From NCBI RefSeq assembly GCF_009914755.1, contig NC_060948.1: a stretch of DNA of 64,000 bases; one strand, given 5' to 3'. The stretch's first letter is position 1; each line of letters opens with the position of its first letter. Origin of the DNA: the human T2T-CHM13v2.0 reference genome, Homo sapiens. Made by a program: the position numbers and the translations under genes. The notes under the pieces were generated by a model that was not told the DNA's origin, did not search any database, and saw nothing but the letters and a program-made list of their open reading frames with translations. Positions 41,385-53,800 of the stretch are shown here, one piece after another.

Positions 41385-42192
41385 TGTTTTTTTATTTTTA
41401 TTTCCATTTTTATTATAGATTCAGAGGACATGTGCAGGCTTGGTTCAAAGGTATATTGCATGATGCTAAAGTTTAGTCTTCTACTGATCCCATCATCTAG
41501 ATAGTGAACCATGTACCCAATAGGAGGATTTTCAGCCCCTGCCCCTCTCCTTCTGTCCCAACTTTGAAGTCCTCAGTGTCTAATGTTCCTATCTTTATTT
41601 CTGTGTGCACCCAAGTTGTAGATCCTATTCATAAGTGCAAATATTCAATATTTGATTTTCTGTTTCCTCGTTAATTTGCTTAGGTTAATGACCTCCAGCT
41701 GCATCCATGTTGCTGCAAAGGACATGATTTTGTTCTTTTTATGGCTGTGGACTATTCCAGCGTTCATATGTACTGCATTTTCTTTATCCCATCCACGATG
41801 GATGGGCTCCTACGTTGATGCCATGTCTTCGCTATGGTGATGAATATGAGAATTCTTATGTCTTTTGGTAGCTTTAATGATTTATTTTCCTTTGAGCATA
41901 TACTGAATAATAGGATTGCTGGGTGGAATGGTACTTCTATTGTTAGTTCTTTTAGAAATTCCCAAACTGCTTTCCACAGTGACTGAACACCCTCATCACC
42001 AGTGTATAACAGTTCCTTTTGCCCTGTGACCTTGCCCACATTATTCTTCTTTTTATTATTTTGGCCTTTTAATAATAACAGTCATTCTGACTGGGTATGA
42101 GATAGTATCTTGTTGTGATTTTGATTTGGATTTCTTTGATGATCAGTGATGTTGAGCACTTTTCTTATGTTTCTTTGCCACTAGTATGTCTT
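41385..42192 (-). mobile_element. L1 (old L1PA/PB-type) 3' fragment
   Basis: T-rich tail, cctccagctgcatccatgttgctgcaaaggacatgattt; minus ORF 41764-42039 has the ORF2-end motif LWKAVWEFLKELTIEVPFHPAI. Confidence 0.85.
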
Positions 42193-45100
42193 AAGAAGGT
42201 ATTTTATATAAACATACAATTATTTCCTGTACCGATACGTGAAATTCTGCCTATGTCCTTCTCCTCCTACTACATGATTTTACATGGATAATGAGTCAAA
42301 AAAAATAATATATTTTATTTCATACTTGTAAAATGTTTGTCTTTGAAAAATACCACATGTTCTAATTTTTAATTTTCTTAATTCCTTGGAAGTGGCAATG
42401 GGGACAGGGGAATTTTAAAGCAATTACTTAACAAGGTGATTCCAATGTAAACAGTATATTGTTCATTATAAAGTTATTTTGTTTTTGAGTAAAATTTAAA
42501 AAAATACAAATACAAAATAATATAACATACCAATTTAACCCACTTAAAAATAACAGCTATTAAGATATTCCATGTTCTATTTACATTACCTCTGCTTGTA
42601 ATTGGAATATATGCCCTCAGGTTCATTTCCTTTCTTCCATTTCCTGAGGTACCATTATCATGAACTTGGTATTACCTTCATATTTTTAAATCTATTAAAA
42701 TATTTATTTCTAAATAATACTGGTATTTTATAACTTTTTAATGATTATGTGAATAAGGTATGATTTCACATATTTTATTCTGTTAACATTCTTGTTGAGA
42801 GTTGCCATTATTGATGGCATAGTTATCAGTCTACTGAATTCTCATATTCCATGATGTGTTTATTGAAATGCTGCAGTGAAAAACCTTCCCTATGCCTCCA
42901 GGTACACATGTGTGAGAGTTTCTAATGAATATACTAGAAGAATGGCTGGACTGCAGTGTGTGTACAGTTTTAACTTTGAGGGGATGAAACATTCTCATTA
43001 GCTCCCTGGACTACCACTTTACTACTGTTGTTGATCCATGCTAATCGGCTTAGCATATATCTTAGATTTTTCTTAGATTTTTCATTTTTAATGAAGTATT
43101 ATTATGTTACATTGATTAGAACCAGCAAGCATGTGTTAAATGTTCATTTTGTTTAATAATTACAGCTATTGTCAGGCCTCTATCAGTATGGGAGAAAAAT
43201 AAAATGTTAACAGAATGATGACTTTAGTAGGGAGATAAATCTGAAAATCAACTTTATTTTCCTGACACAGTTCACACAGAACACAGATACTGCTACTTTT
43301 TCAAGGGCAGCATGCTGCAGAGTGAGTGATAATAAATATGCACTGGGTCAGTAGTGGCTGGGGATGAGTAGTTTCTTCCAGTCTTGCCTGGTGATGGAAG
43401 AAGTATCTGACATAGTTTTTTTTTTTTTTTCCTACATGGTCCACTTACATGACACTCCCAGGTCATCATATGGTAGGTCTGGGGAAAATGAAGGAAATAA
43501 TAGGCTAGATATATGTAAATTATGTGCTGGAAATAGAAGCTTAGCACACAGAGAGTAGTTGATTCATCTGGCCACAGTGGTTTTGTCATCTCTTATACAC
43601 TTACAACTACCTATTTATGGGCTGTTTGCTAATGACTATTTAAAAAAATCTGTTTCAGCAGCAATAGCCTAAAAATGCAACTAGGTATTTAATTAAAAAC
43701 TACTCAGTTTCCCTTTCAATCAAATTATGTGTTGAAAAGTGCCAATAAACACATGGTGTAATCATGAAGCCTTGTAGTCCATATTGGGACCACAGGCTAA
43801 AAGTGATATCCTGAAATCCAGAATACAGATGGCTGAGGGGAAAAAGCAGCTGCTATTTCAGAAGGTAATACTTAGTTACATTAAGAAAACTAAGCCTGAA
43901 GATGACATTTTCACAGGTTTAGTGTGTGAATTCGAAAAAATTAAGCATATAATTCTGAGATGCCTGGCTTTTTATTTATATTATATTACTATTTTTAAAA
44001 ATCAATTGTGTACATTTTAATTCTAATTTTTCCACACTTAAGAAAAATGCATCAGTAATTGTTAGTATGTTAGCTCCATTAGCTACAGAAGAAATTCCAA
44101 AAGAATTGAATAATGCCATTTAGATGTTTCAAATAGAAAATTAAATTAAAAAATGGTTTGAATTTTTAATCAATCATTGCAAAAAAGATAAAGCTGTTGA
44201 AATTCTATCGTACCAGAAATAAAACATTGAACAATGTGTGATAAATGATTTTTAATGTTGAGTGAAAAAGCTACATATTGGTGATAACTTTTATTGCTGA
44301 CAAGAAGAAACAACTTTGGAAAAACTTGCAAGTAGCTTTATTTAAAAATCAATATAAAATTAAAAGAAATGCATTTTCCAGAAAAGAACTATGTATAATT
44401 ATTGTTAAGAAACAGATTAATTCATATAAATATGTTCCAGAATCGTTATTCTGCCTACTATTTCTAATATTTAAATAATAAATTTAAAGAAGTTATTTTT
44501 CTCTTTTGCTTCAAGATATATAATTGTGGTTTTAAATTTTTGAAGAGATTTCATTTTCAAAAATAGTTGGAAGATAACTATTTTATAGATCCATCCATAC
44601 AGTAAAAACAATTTGCCTATAAGGAAATAATATATTAAATAATACCTGATTTTGTATATGTTAGTACTCTTTTATCCTAAAAAAGTTTCCATTGGAACAA
44701 TAAAGATTTTAGTCACCCTAATTTTACTAAATATCATTAGATAGTCCTGTGGATTGATGGGAAAAAACTATCATTCCTTACATTCTTGACTACACTCAGT
44801 ACTTATTATTTTAATAGTTGACAAACTAATGAATGAAAGTGGGAACCTAATGTGGTTTTGATTTATATCCCTGGATTACTAATAAGCTCAAGCATCTAGC
44901 CATTTTTCGTTGGTCATTTGACTTTCCTCTTTTCTAAAAATGATCTAATTATTTACCTGTACTTCTTTCTTCTACTGGGCTAGATTGTGTATATTTTTTC
45001 TTGTACATTTGTATGAGTTATTTTGATTATTTTGGATACTGGAGTTCTTATTTATATATTTTTTAGTGATGTTCTGGAGTTTTATAAACACCCAAGATAG

Positions 45101-47710
45101 TTTTTAGAATTTATCATCTGAAGATTTTCAAAAAGCTAACTCAGAAGTCATTTGGGGCTATAATGCTGACTTCAAATGAAAAAATTATTTTGCCACTTTA
45201 GCAAAACATGTTTTAAAGATACTAATTAGAAAGCACTGAAGTGCTCACTTCTATCTTTTTAATAAAACTTGCATTTAAATAGTCATTTCAACAAAATCCT
45301 TTACCCTTACAGTAAGAACCAATTATTAAATATTGATTACCTAGCTCCTGTATGGTTTTCTAAATATTTCACAATTGTCATTTTGGTAATAATCACTTAG
45401 CATACTCATGAGAATTACTCGTTCTCCAGGTCTCATTCCAGGTGATTGAACCAGGATTTCGAAGGAAAATAGCTACAAATTTCTGGGTATATATTTTATT
45501 TATGACCCATGTAATTATTTGAGGATATTTGTGAAACTCTGATCTGACACATAAGAGAAAGTAAAACAAGAACAACAAAAACCAAAAACAGAACAACAAC
45601 AATAAAAAAAAAAACCCAAAAATAAGCCACACACAAAGAATATCAAGCCAGGTGTCAGGAATAAATATCTTATCTTTTCCTAACTGCAGCCTTCTCAATT
45701 CATATGGCCCTATCTTCTTTTTCATTCTTGGTAAGTGCTACTACAACTGTCTAGCACTTCACGGTAGTAATTAACCTGTTAGTTTGCAATTTAGCAAAAT
45801 ATATGAAACCTATTTCTGAACATATTCTTTAGGATCATTTTTCTAGCTATACAACATGGGTCAGTTAATGCTATGTATGGCTATAAAATAGCAGTATTTA
45901 ACAAAAATATTTGACCACTGCGGCAAAATTATCTTCTGTAATGATCCACTGCTACTAAGATTACCTTGACATTTTGGAGACTGTACTGACATTTTGAATA
46001 TCATATACTCAAGGAAGATTGGAAAGCGTCTTCAGATGTCATTGTCTATAATGATAAGAGTTAATACTCGTATTAACTTTCAAATTTTTCTATGTTAAAG
46101 CATGCGTGCAGGTATTGGATGAACAGGTAGGCCACTGAGGCATGGCTGTGGTTAAAGTTGTAAAAGTTTTGGCAAAATTGTGCATACCAACATCTCCACA
46201 GAAAATTTAGATTTTGGCTCAGCTAGGAGATGTTGAAGAAAATTATATTTTTTCTTCTTAATGATTCCCCGGTTGGTCCTTAAAGGGAGATAGCACAATA
46301 TGGTGGAAAGAGGTAGTTTTGCAATCTGAAGTTAGACTTTAAGAGAAGTTAATGATTTTGAGAGCCAAATTTCAGATGTATGAAGCGGGGTCTAAAATAT
46401 CTAGTACCTGTGTGTGTAGTTATAAAGATCATATAATAACAATTGATTCTATTTGCCTTGTACTTTTCCGTAAAACAAAGACATCAGTTAATTGTGTTAC
46501 TTAGTATAGATTTGTGTGGGCATTTTTAAGGATCATTTATCTCATCATAAATAAAATGGTAATACTGGCAAAGAATGGTACTTACTCCAACATTGACATT
46601 GCAGAGCTCCAGCTATTCTGTAGAGAAACTGGTGTGAATTGAAATAAAAAACAAAACTGGACGATTGAAGGTTACTTAGGGGCCACTCTTTATTTACTAA
46701 GACTATGTAATTCTTGGAGAGGACACACAACCTGTGAAGAGTTGGATGTAAATGATGAAGAGTCATTGAGAAAAGGCTGCCTCAAGGATCATCCTCTACA
46801 TTTCTAGCTTGAAATACAGGGTATTTGGTGCTGTGAATTTCTGAAATAGTGGAATACTGTACGAGGAAACATGTTTTGGGGATGAAATGAAGGTCTGGTT
46901 TTGGTATGTGGAGATGTAAGGCATGCAGTTGGATATGCCAAGTCTGAAGGCAGAACAAAGATCTGGCCTGAAGTTGGGAATTTCTTAATGGTCAGCATAA
47001 AAAGGGTGTTTTAGCCTTGAGAAAACCCAAGAGGATCCATGACTGAAATCTGAACAACTTCAACACCTGTAGATTTAGTAAAGATGCCAACAAAATACAC
47101 AACAAGTTCATATTAAAATTAATAGGAAAAGACAAACTACTTAGTGAGAGGTATCCAGGCAACTAGCACTAGGTAGCTATTAGGTAGCAAATTTGGGAAA
47201 AAATAAAATGTTTAAAGAATCTTTGATCAGGTTTCCAAATATACAAAATAAAAACCACTTACATGTTAGAAGACAATATACAAAATGATATTATGTTAAT
47301 GGTACTATTTAATGCTAATAGACAAAAATGAAAATTATTGTGAATTAAATCAACAGACAATATATTTTCCATCACTGTCTTTTCTTCTCAATGTGTGTGT
47401 TGTTTTAATTCACTAAGCAATGACTCCTCTTAATTCCATTACTTTTTATTTAACACTGCATTTTTTTGCATATGTGCAATATTACACTGCCCAATAGAGA
47501 GGAAATGAAGAATTTGGGCTAGTGTATCAGAAACACCTTAGCTTTTCAGCTTTGGGCTTCTGGAGTGTGGTTAATTTAAATATTCTCATCAGGCCTTGAT
47601 TTGTCAGATTTCTGTAATCACTTCTCCAAAATAAACAATGTCTGAAACTGATGTCTACAATTAAATTAAAATTATGCTGGCTTTCAAGATAATTATGTAA
47701 ATTTGATGCT

Positions 47711-48005
47711 TTTTTTGGGGGGGGTGGGGTGGTGGAGACAAAGTTTTGTTCTTGTGACCAGGCTATAGTGCAGTGGCGTGATCTTGGCTCACTGCAACCT
47801 ACGCCTCTCGGGTTCAACAGATTCTCCTGCCTCAGCCTCCCAAATAGCTAGGATTACAGGAACCTGCCAACACACAGATAATTTTTGAATATTTAGTAGA
47901 GATGAGGTTTCACCATGTTGACCAGGCTGGATTTGAACTTCTGACATCTGGTAATCCACCAGCCTTGGCCTCCCAAGGGGATTACAGGAGTGAACCACCC
48001 CGTGT
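47711..48005 (-). mobile_element. Alu at the 5' boundary of the truncated RBMY copy
   Basis: Alu with G-rich decayed tail ggggtggggtggtggagacaaag; shares private variants with the Alu at 61490. Confidence 0.85.
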
Positions 48006-49715
48006 GTGGTTAAAACATATACATAAACATATACATAAGAACTGTTTACAAAAATTGCTGTGGCCTGTAGAAAAGATTACAGTGAAAAATGTTATTGGGA
48101 AATTAATTAGGATACTTAAGCATTTCTGAGAAATTACCTGAAGTACTATATTAAGATTCGTTTTTTAGGGGCACGTCTAAGGCAATGTAAGAAATGAGTA
48201 AGGCAAGAAAACTTAATGAGATCAAACAAGGATCACATTTACAGAAACATTTTTAGAGTCAATATAGAATTGTAAATCATATGGGGACATTTTATCTAAG
48301 TGTTAGCAAATCCAACAAGAAACAACCCATAATGAGTAATGTGACTAATCACGCTGAAAAAGTAAGCTCATTTTTTTTAAAATGACACAAGTTTCGTTGG
48401 GACACTGCAACTTTCAAATCAGTGATGTGAATACGAAGATGAAGTGGATTAGATATTGTAAAAAACAGATGTGCCACATTCTTCCACAGAATGTGTGATG
48501 GGTCAATTTTTTTTAATGTTTGAGTTTCTTTTTTAAATAATGGAGGAGTTTTCAAGGAATTTGAATAATAGAATTTGTGTTTGATCCCTTAATGGAAGGC
48601 GTGTGCTCAGGAACTATCTCAAATTTGGCATTGCGAAAGATGTGTTCATTTTAGGAGAAAAAAAAGTTTCCTTTTGGGAGAAAATACCTCGAATTGAACT
48701 ACAGTTTGATGTGAAAATGTTATTAAAATGTGCTTACGTTAAATGTGCCAGTGTTATTGATAGTACCCTTAATACTTCTAGTCTTTGCATGGAAAAGCAA
48801 TAAAAGTAGAACAAGCCAAGAAACCATCTTTTCAAAGTGGTGGTAGGCGGAGACCACCAACTTCTTCGAGAAACAGAAGCCCTTCAGGAAGTCTGAGATC
48901 TGCAAGAGGAAGCAGTGGAGGAACAAGAGGGTGGCTTCCCTCACATGAAGGGCACCTGAGTAATGTTTTAAAATATAAAGATGGAACCATAGGACTGAAA
49001 GAAAATAAGTTTGACGATATCGAAATTTCTCAAATTTTATTTCGTGTATGAAGAGAAAATTAGCTTATTGATAATAAGCAAACTTATTTCTAAGTACTAT
49101 AAAGGTGTATTATAAGAATGATTGAACTAATATCTAAAATTTGTTTAACAATTATAATAAGTTTGCACTGAAGTAACACACATTTGAAAGTGAGTTGTGT
49201 TTGTGAATGCTGATTGCCTGTACTCAACCGGTTTTCTGCAGAACTCATTTATATTCATTATACTTTAGAGTTTTCTACTTTAGGGCCCAGAACTTCGTGT
49301 CAGTTGTATTATCAAAGTACGATGTAATATTTAAAATTTTCCAACAGGAAGAAGTAACTGAATACTGAAGATTGATTTTGCAGTATTTGTTTTCTTGTGT
49401 CTACATGTGGAAACATCTATGCAAATGTATTGCTTTGTAATTTTGATACAGAGAGTTTGTACATTGGCCTGCCGTAAAGCATTTTCAATTTAAGAAATGT
49501 AGAACTTTAATTTCTGAAAAGAGTCTGTGACTCTGGAAAGATCTAAAAACCACTGCTTCACAGATATGTATGAATCTTTCTTTGCTGGAGGCTGAGTCAC
49601 TGAAAATGATATTTATGAGTGATTTACTTAATAGAAATGAGGGGTCCATCTTTACATATAAAAGAAAAACAAACCATATATTTAAAAAAAAGGAAAAAGA
49701 AAAAACTATTGGATG

Positions 49716-50016
49716 GGCTGTGCGAGGTGGCTCACGCCTGTCACCTCAGCACCTGGGGAGTACAGGGCAGGTGGACCACGAGGTCAGGAGTTCCAGACCA
49801 GCCTGGCCAACATGGTGAAACCCTGTCTCTCCTAAAGATACAAAAAAATTTGCCTGGGCCTGGTGGCATGCACCTGTAATCCCAGCTACTCAGGAGGCTG
49901 AGGCAGGAGAATCACAGGAACCTGGGAGGCAAAAGCTGCAGTGAGCCAAGGTTATGCCATGGCACTCCAGCCTGCGTGATAGGGCAAGAGTGCATCTGAA
50001 TAAATAAATAAATAAA
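49716..50016 (+). mobile_element. AluS-like element, RBMY intron
   Basis: ggctgtgcgaggtggctcacgcctg...ccagcctggccaacatggtgaaaccc, (taaa)n tail. Confidence 0.85.
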
Positions 50017-51414
50017 CCTGTTGGTTAACTTGTATTATCTATTAACCAACCTTCAAAACTCTAACAATTAGCTTGGAGTTTTAATAACCAGACATGTAAT
50101 TAATTGGAGATTGTTTTCAAGTTGAAATTGCAGTGTTTGCTCCATTTTAAGATGCGTAGCTTCACGGCTGTTTTGCCTCCACTGATCTTGAGGGTGAGCT
50201 TCAATTATACTCTGCCACGGACGAGAATGTATACATAAATTCTAACCTGTAACACCACCTGGCAATTGGCATATATCTACGTTTTTGTAGATGTATAAAA
50301 ATATGTTTATATTACCGAATATGCAATTCTTAAAGACTGTTAAAATTCAGCATAGTCTCATCTGAAAATTAGTGTCTCATAAGGGAATTTTAAGAATTCT
50401 ATATTGTGTTAACAAATTTTAGAGACAATGTATTTTCCTGATATGTGATTTCTTGGTATTGGAAATATTTGAGTTTCTTTGAATGGAAATTAGTTTATCT
50501 TTATGATGTGCTTTGAAAATTTTTCCTCATTACAGAATGATATAAACAGTCATTTATCATTTTTCTTTTAATATTTTTATGTATATTATATTTGGATATT
50601 TTAGTGATAGATTTCTGCCCCCGTTCACTCCCCATTTTCCCACATCTCTCCTTCATACCGATATATTATGATACTTGAGTTTCTTTCTAGATTTTCTAAA
50701 TGAACTTTTAATGCTTGAAGTGTACTAATACCTTGTAGGAATGCTAATTTTATTAGTTTAGACAAAATGTGAATTTGTTATAAAATGTAGAAAATATTTG
50801 TAAACAACTAAAACTTAGCCATTTAAGAAACAGTGACGTCAGTTAACTAAAAAGATTTTGTTTGAAATACAGATGATGGTGGATACACTCCTGATCTCAA
50901 GATGAGTTATTCTAGGGGACTCATTCCAGTTAAAAGAGGTCCATCTTCAAGAAGTGGAGGTCCTCCTCCGAAAAAATCTGCTCCTTCTGCTGTGGCAAGA
51001 AGCAATAGTTGGATGGGAAGCCAAGGTAAATGCTGCCTGACAGAAAGACCGTAGTTTTTGTATGACTAAAAATGAGCCGTTTTAGCTGAATGCTTAGCTT
51101 TAAGTTCATTGAACAAAAGAGAAGTGACACATACGTGAGCATAATTACTGATTGATAGCTTTTATTATAGTTTCTATCTCACTAGGTACATTTCAGATTT
51201 ATGTTGAAGAAATACTTGAGCTTCTCATTGCAGATCAAAGAAGTGATTAGAGTGAGGCCAACATTCCTTTTAATCCTGTGTTGGCTAGAAAATTCCCCTT
51301 AATTTTTCTAAAAGTTCCTAGCAGTATTCTTTGATGGTAGGCTTCTTGATCTAATTAACTCTTCCATTTCCTAAGTCCCCTGGTGTCCCATTCTAAAAAT
51401 TGCTTGTTCGGTGA

Positions 51415-51738
51415 CTTTGCTGGGTTGGAGTCTTGCTCTTACTAGGTGAGAGTGCACTATGTGAGACGACGGCTTACTGTAGCCTCAAATTTGTGAGATG
51501 ACGGCTTACTATAGCCTCAAATTCCTGGGCTCAAGCAATTCTGCTGTTTCAGCCTCCCGAGTTTGTGCAACTACAGGCATGCAGCAGCACACCTAGCTAC
51601 ATTTTTTTCCCTATGTTTTTGTAGAGAGAGGATCTGACTACATTGTCAAAACTGATGTTAAAGCCTGGGGCTCAAGCGGTCCAGCTGCCTCAGCCTTCCA
51701 CACTCACTCACAGTGTGAGCCGCTAAGCCTGGCCGTCC
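51415..51738 (-). mobile_element. Old Alu with an internal 32-bp tandem duplication (51460-51523)
   Basis: ggagtcttgctct...; tgtgaga(c/t)gacggcttact(g/a)tagcctcaaatt occurs twice. Confidence 0.65.
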
Positions 51739-53179
51739 AGCTTCTGAGACCTCAGTAATGCGTATGTGCAAGGCATACTCACTGCTTGCATGAAGATTCA
51801 AAAGAACTACAAGAGCATTTAGCAGACAAGGAGTCATTGGGCTTAAATATGATTTAAAAATAAATTTAAGGCTCGAGAGGTAGACACGTAGGAGTCCAAA
51901 ATTCTTAAATTAAGTGGATATCACAGAAATGCAGAGTTGTGAAATATAGGTGTATGTAAATCAGTAATTGAGATTGTACCGGGATGTTTAAACATTAACA
52001 CAAGATCCTTAGTGTAAGATTTGAAATTATTTGAGGAGAGAATTTAGAACTCAGCAACATGAGGTGAGCGGTAGGGTTGAATGCAAGTAATACTTTTGAG
52101 AAGAATTGTAAGACTGCAGACTGAACAGAAGAAAATAAGACAATAAATAAAAGTTCTTAGCAAGGAAGTTTAAGCAGAGCAAATTAAAATTCTTTCTTAG
52201 TCCTCCATCCGCATACGGAGGAAGTTAAAAACTGCCATTTTCAATTTTACATTTCATACGTAGAGTATCGGTGAAGGGAGGTATTTATTGGCTTCAGGAT
52301 ACCCAAGCCAACACATTTCCATTGGAAAATTAGCCAGTGAAGGTATCATATGTGAAACACTGACCGCTAAGGAATAGCAAGTGAAGAATATATTAGAGGA
52401 GAAACTTTCTATTTTGAAACAGCAACAATGTTGTAATGACCCCTTGCATAGCATTGCTTTCTTTGCAGTAAAAGCAAATCTTGACCATCATTAGAAAATC
52501 TTCACTAATACATTTTAATTTGTCAACATTTAAGATAGAGCCAACCAGTTAAAGAACTTTTATGTAAACATTTAGCATATAGTCATTTAAAGGTAGCTGT
52601 ATTTATGTGTCTGTGAGATGGACTGAATGATATTGGAAAATCTACCTTCTTTGGCTGAGAAAGAACAATGTATGTAAACTTTAAAATCAGTGAAGAGTTT
52701 GATGGTTTTACGTGTTTTCCCTGTGTCACTCACAGTCATCAGTAATTTATATGGAAAGGAAAATAATAACTAAGTAGTTATTAACCATTACAAATGAACT
52801 TTTACCTAAGCATTAATGTTTGCCTTCAGCTTCATTAGAAGAACTGGCCTTGTGGGAGCCATGGGATTATCCAAAGCCATGAGAAATATTCACAGTGTCA
52901 TGTCTGTCTAGTAATTTAGGAAACAAAGAATGGAGTCATAGAAGAAATAATTTTAAAAAGTTGTTTGAGAGAAGAGAAAATAGCGTTTCAGATTTGGTGT
53001 TCTTTACGTAATGTTCCATCATTTGAATGTTAAAGGTCCCATGTCACAAAGAAGAGAGAATTATGGAGTTCCTCCACGCAGAGCGACAATATCTTCCTGG
53101 AGAAATGATCGCATGTCAACAAGACATGATGGTTATGCAACTAACGATGGGTAAAGGAAAAATTAAAAAGCACAGTTGA

Positions 53180-53800
53180 TTTTTTTTTCCTGTGGTGATG
53201 AAATTCACATAACAAAATTAAATATTATAAGGTGAACAGTTAGGTGGTGTTTGATACATTCTGTGCCATGCAACAACTACCTCCATCGAGTTCCAGAACA
53301 TTTTCATCACTCCAAATTGAAACTCCTACTACCAGTTAAGCAGTCCCTCCCATTTTCTCCTTTTCCTCAGCTGCTAGATAACACCAGTCAGTGTTCTGCC
53401 TCTGAACTTACCTGTTGTGGGTATTTAATGTTAATGTGCTCAAACACTACATGACTTTTTGTATTTGTCTCCTCTCCTTTTGCATGATGTCCTGAAGGTT
53501 CATTTACATCATAGCACTTCACTCCTTCCACAAGCTATTAACCCATTATTTTATCTGCGTTGTTTCCACCCGAGTATTTCTACGCACCAATATTTGTTTG
53601 AGTGTGCTTACTCGGTTCTGGGTGTATATGAGTGGAATTGCATGGTCCTATGATAATGATGTTTGTTTTCTTGAGGAACCACCACATTTCTCCATAGTAG
53701 CTGCATCATTTTCCGTTCCAACCTAGCATTGTATCAGCAATCCAATTTATCTACATCCTCTCAAACACTTGTTATTTCCTGCTGTTTGAAATTTATTGCC
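53180..53800 (-). mobile_element. Old L1 (L1MB-like) 3' fragment in RBMY intron
   Basis: gttccagaacattttcatcactccaaa; aggttcatttacatcatagca; ttgaggaaccaccac. Confidence 0.65.

Noticed and set aside
46290-47100. Probable MIR and L2 fragments
   Set aside because: Too degraded to delimit or assign confidently without RepeatMasker.
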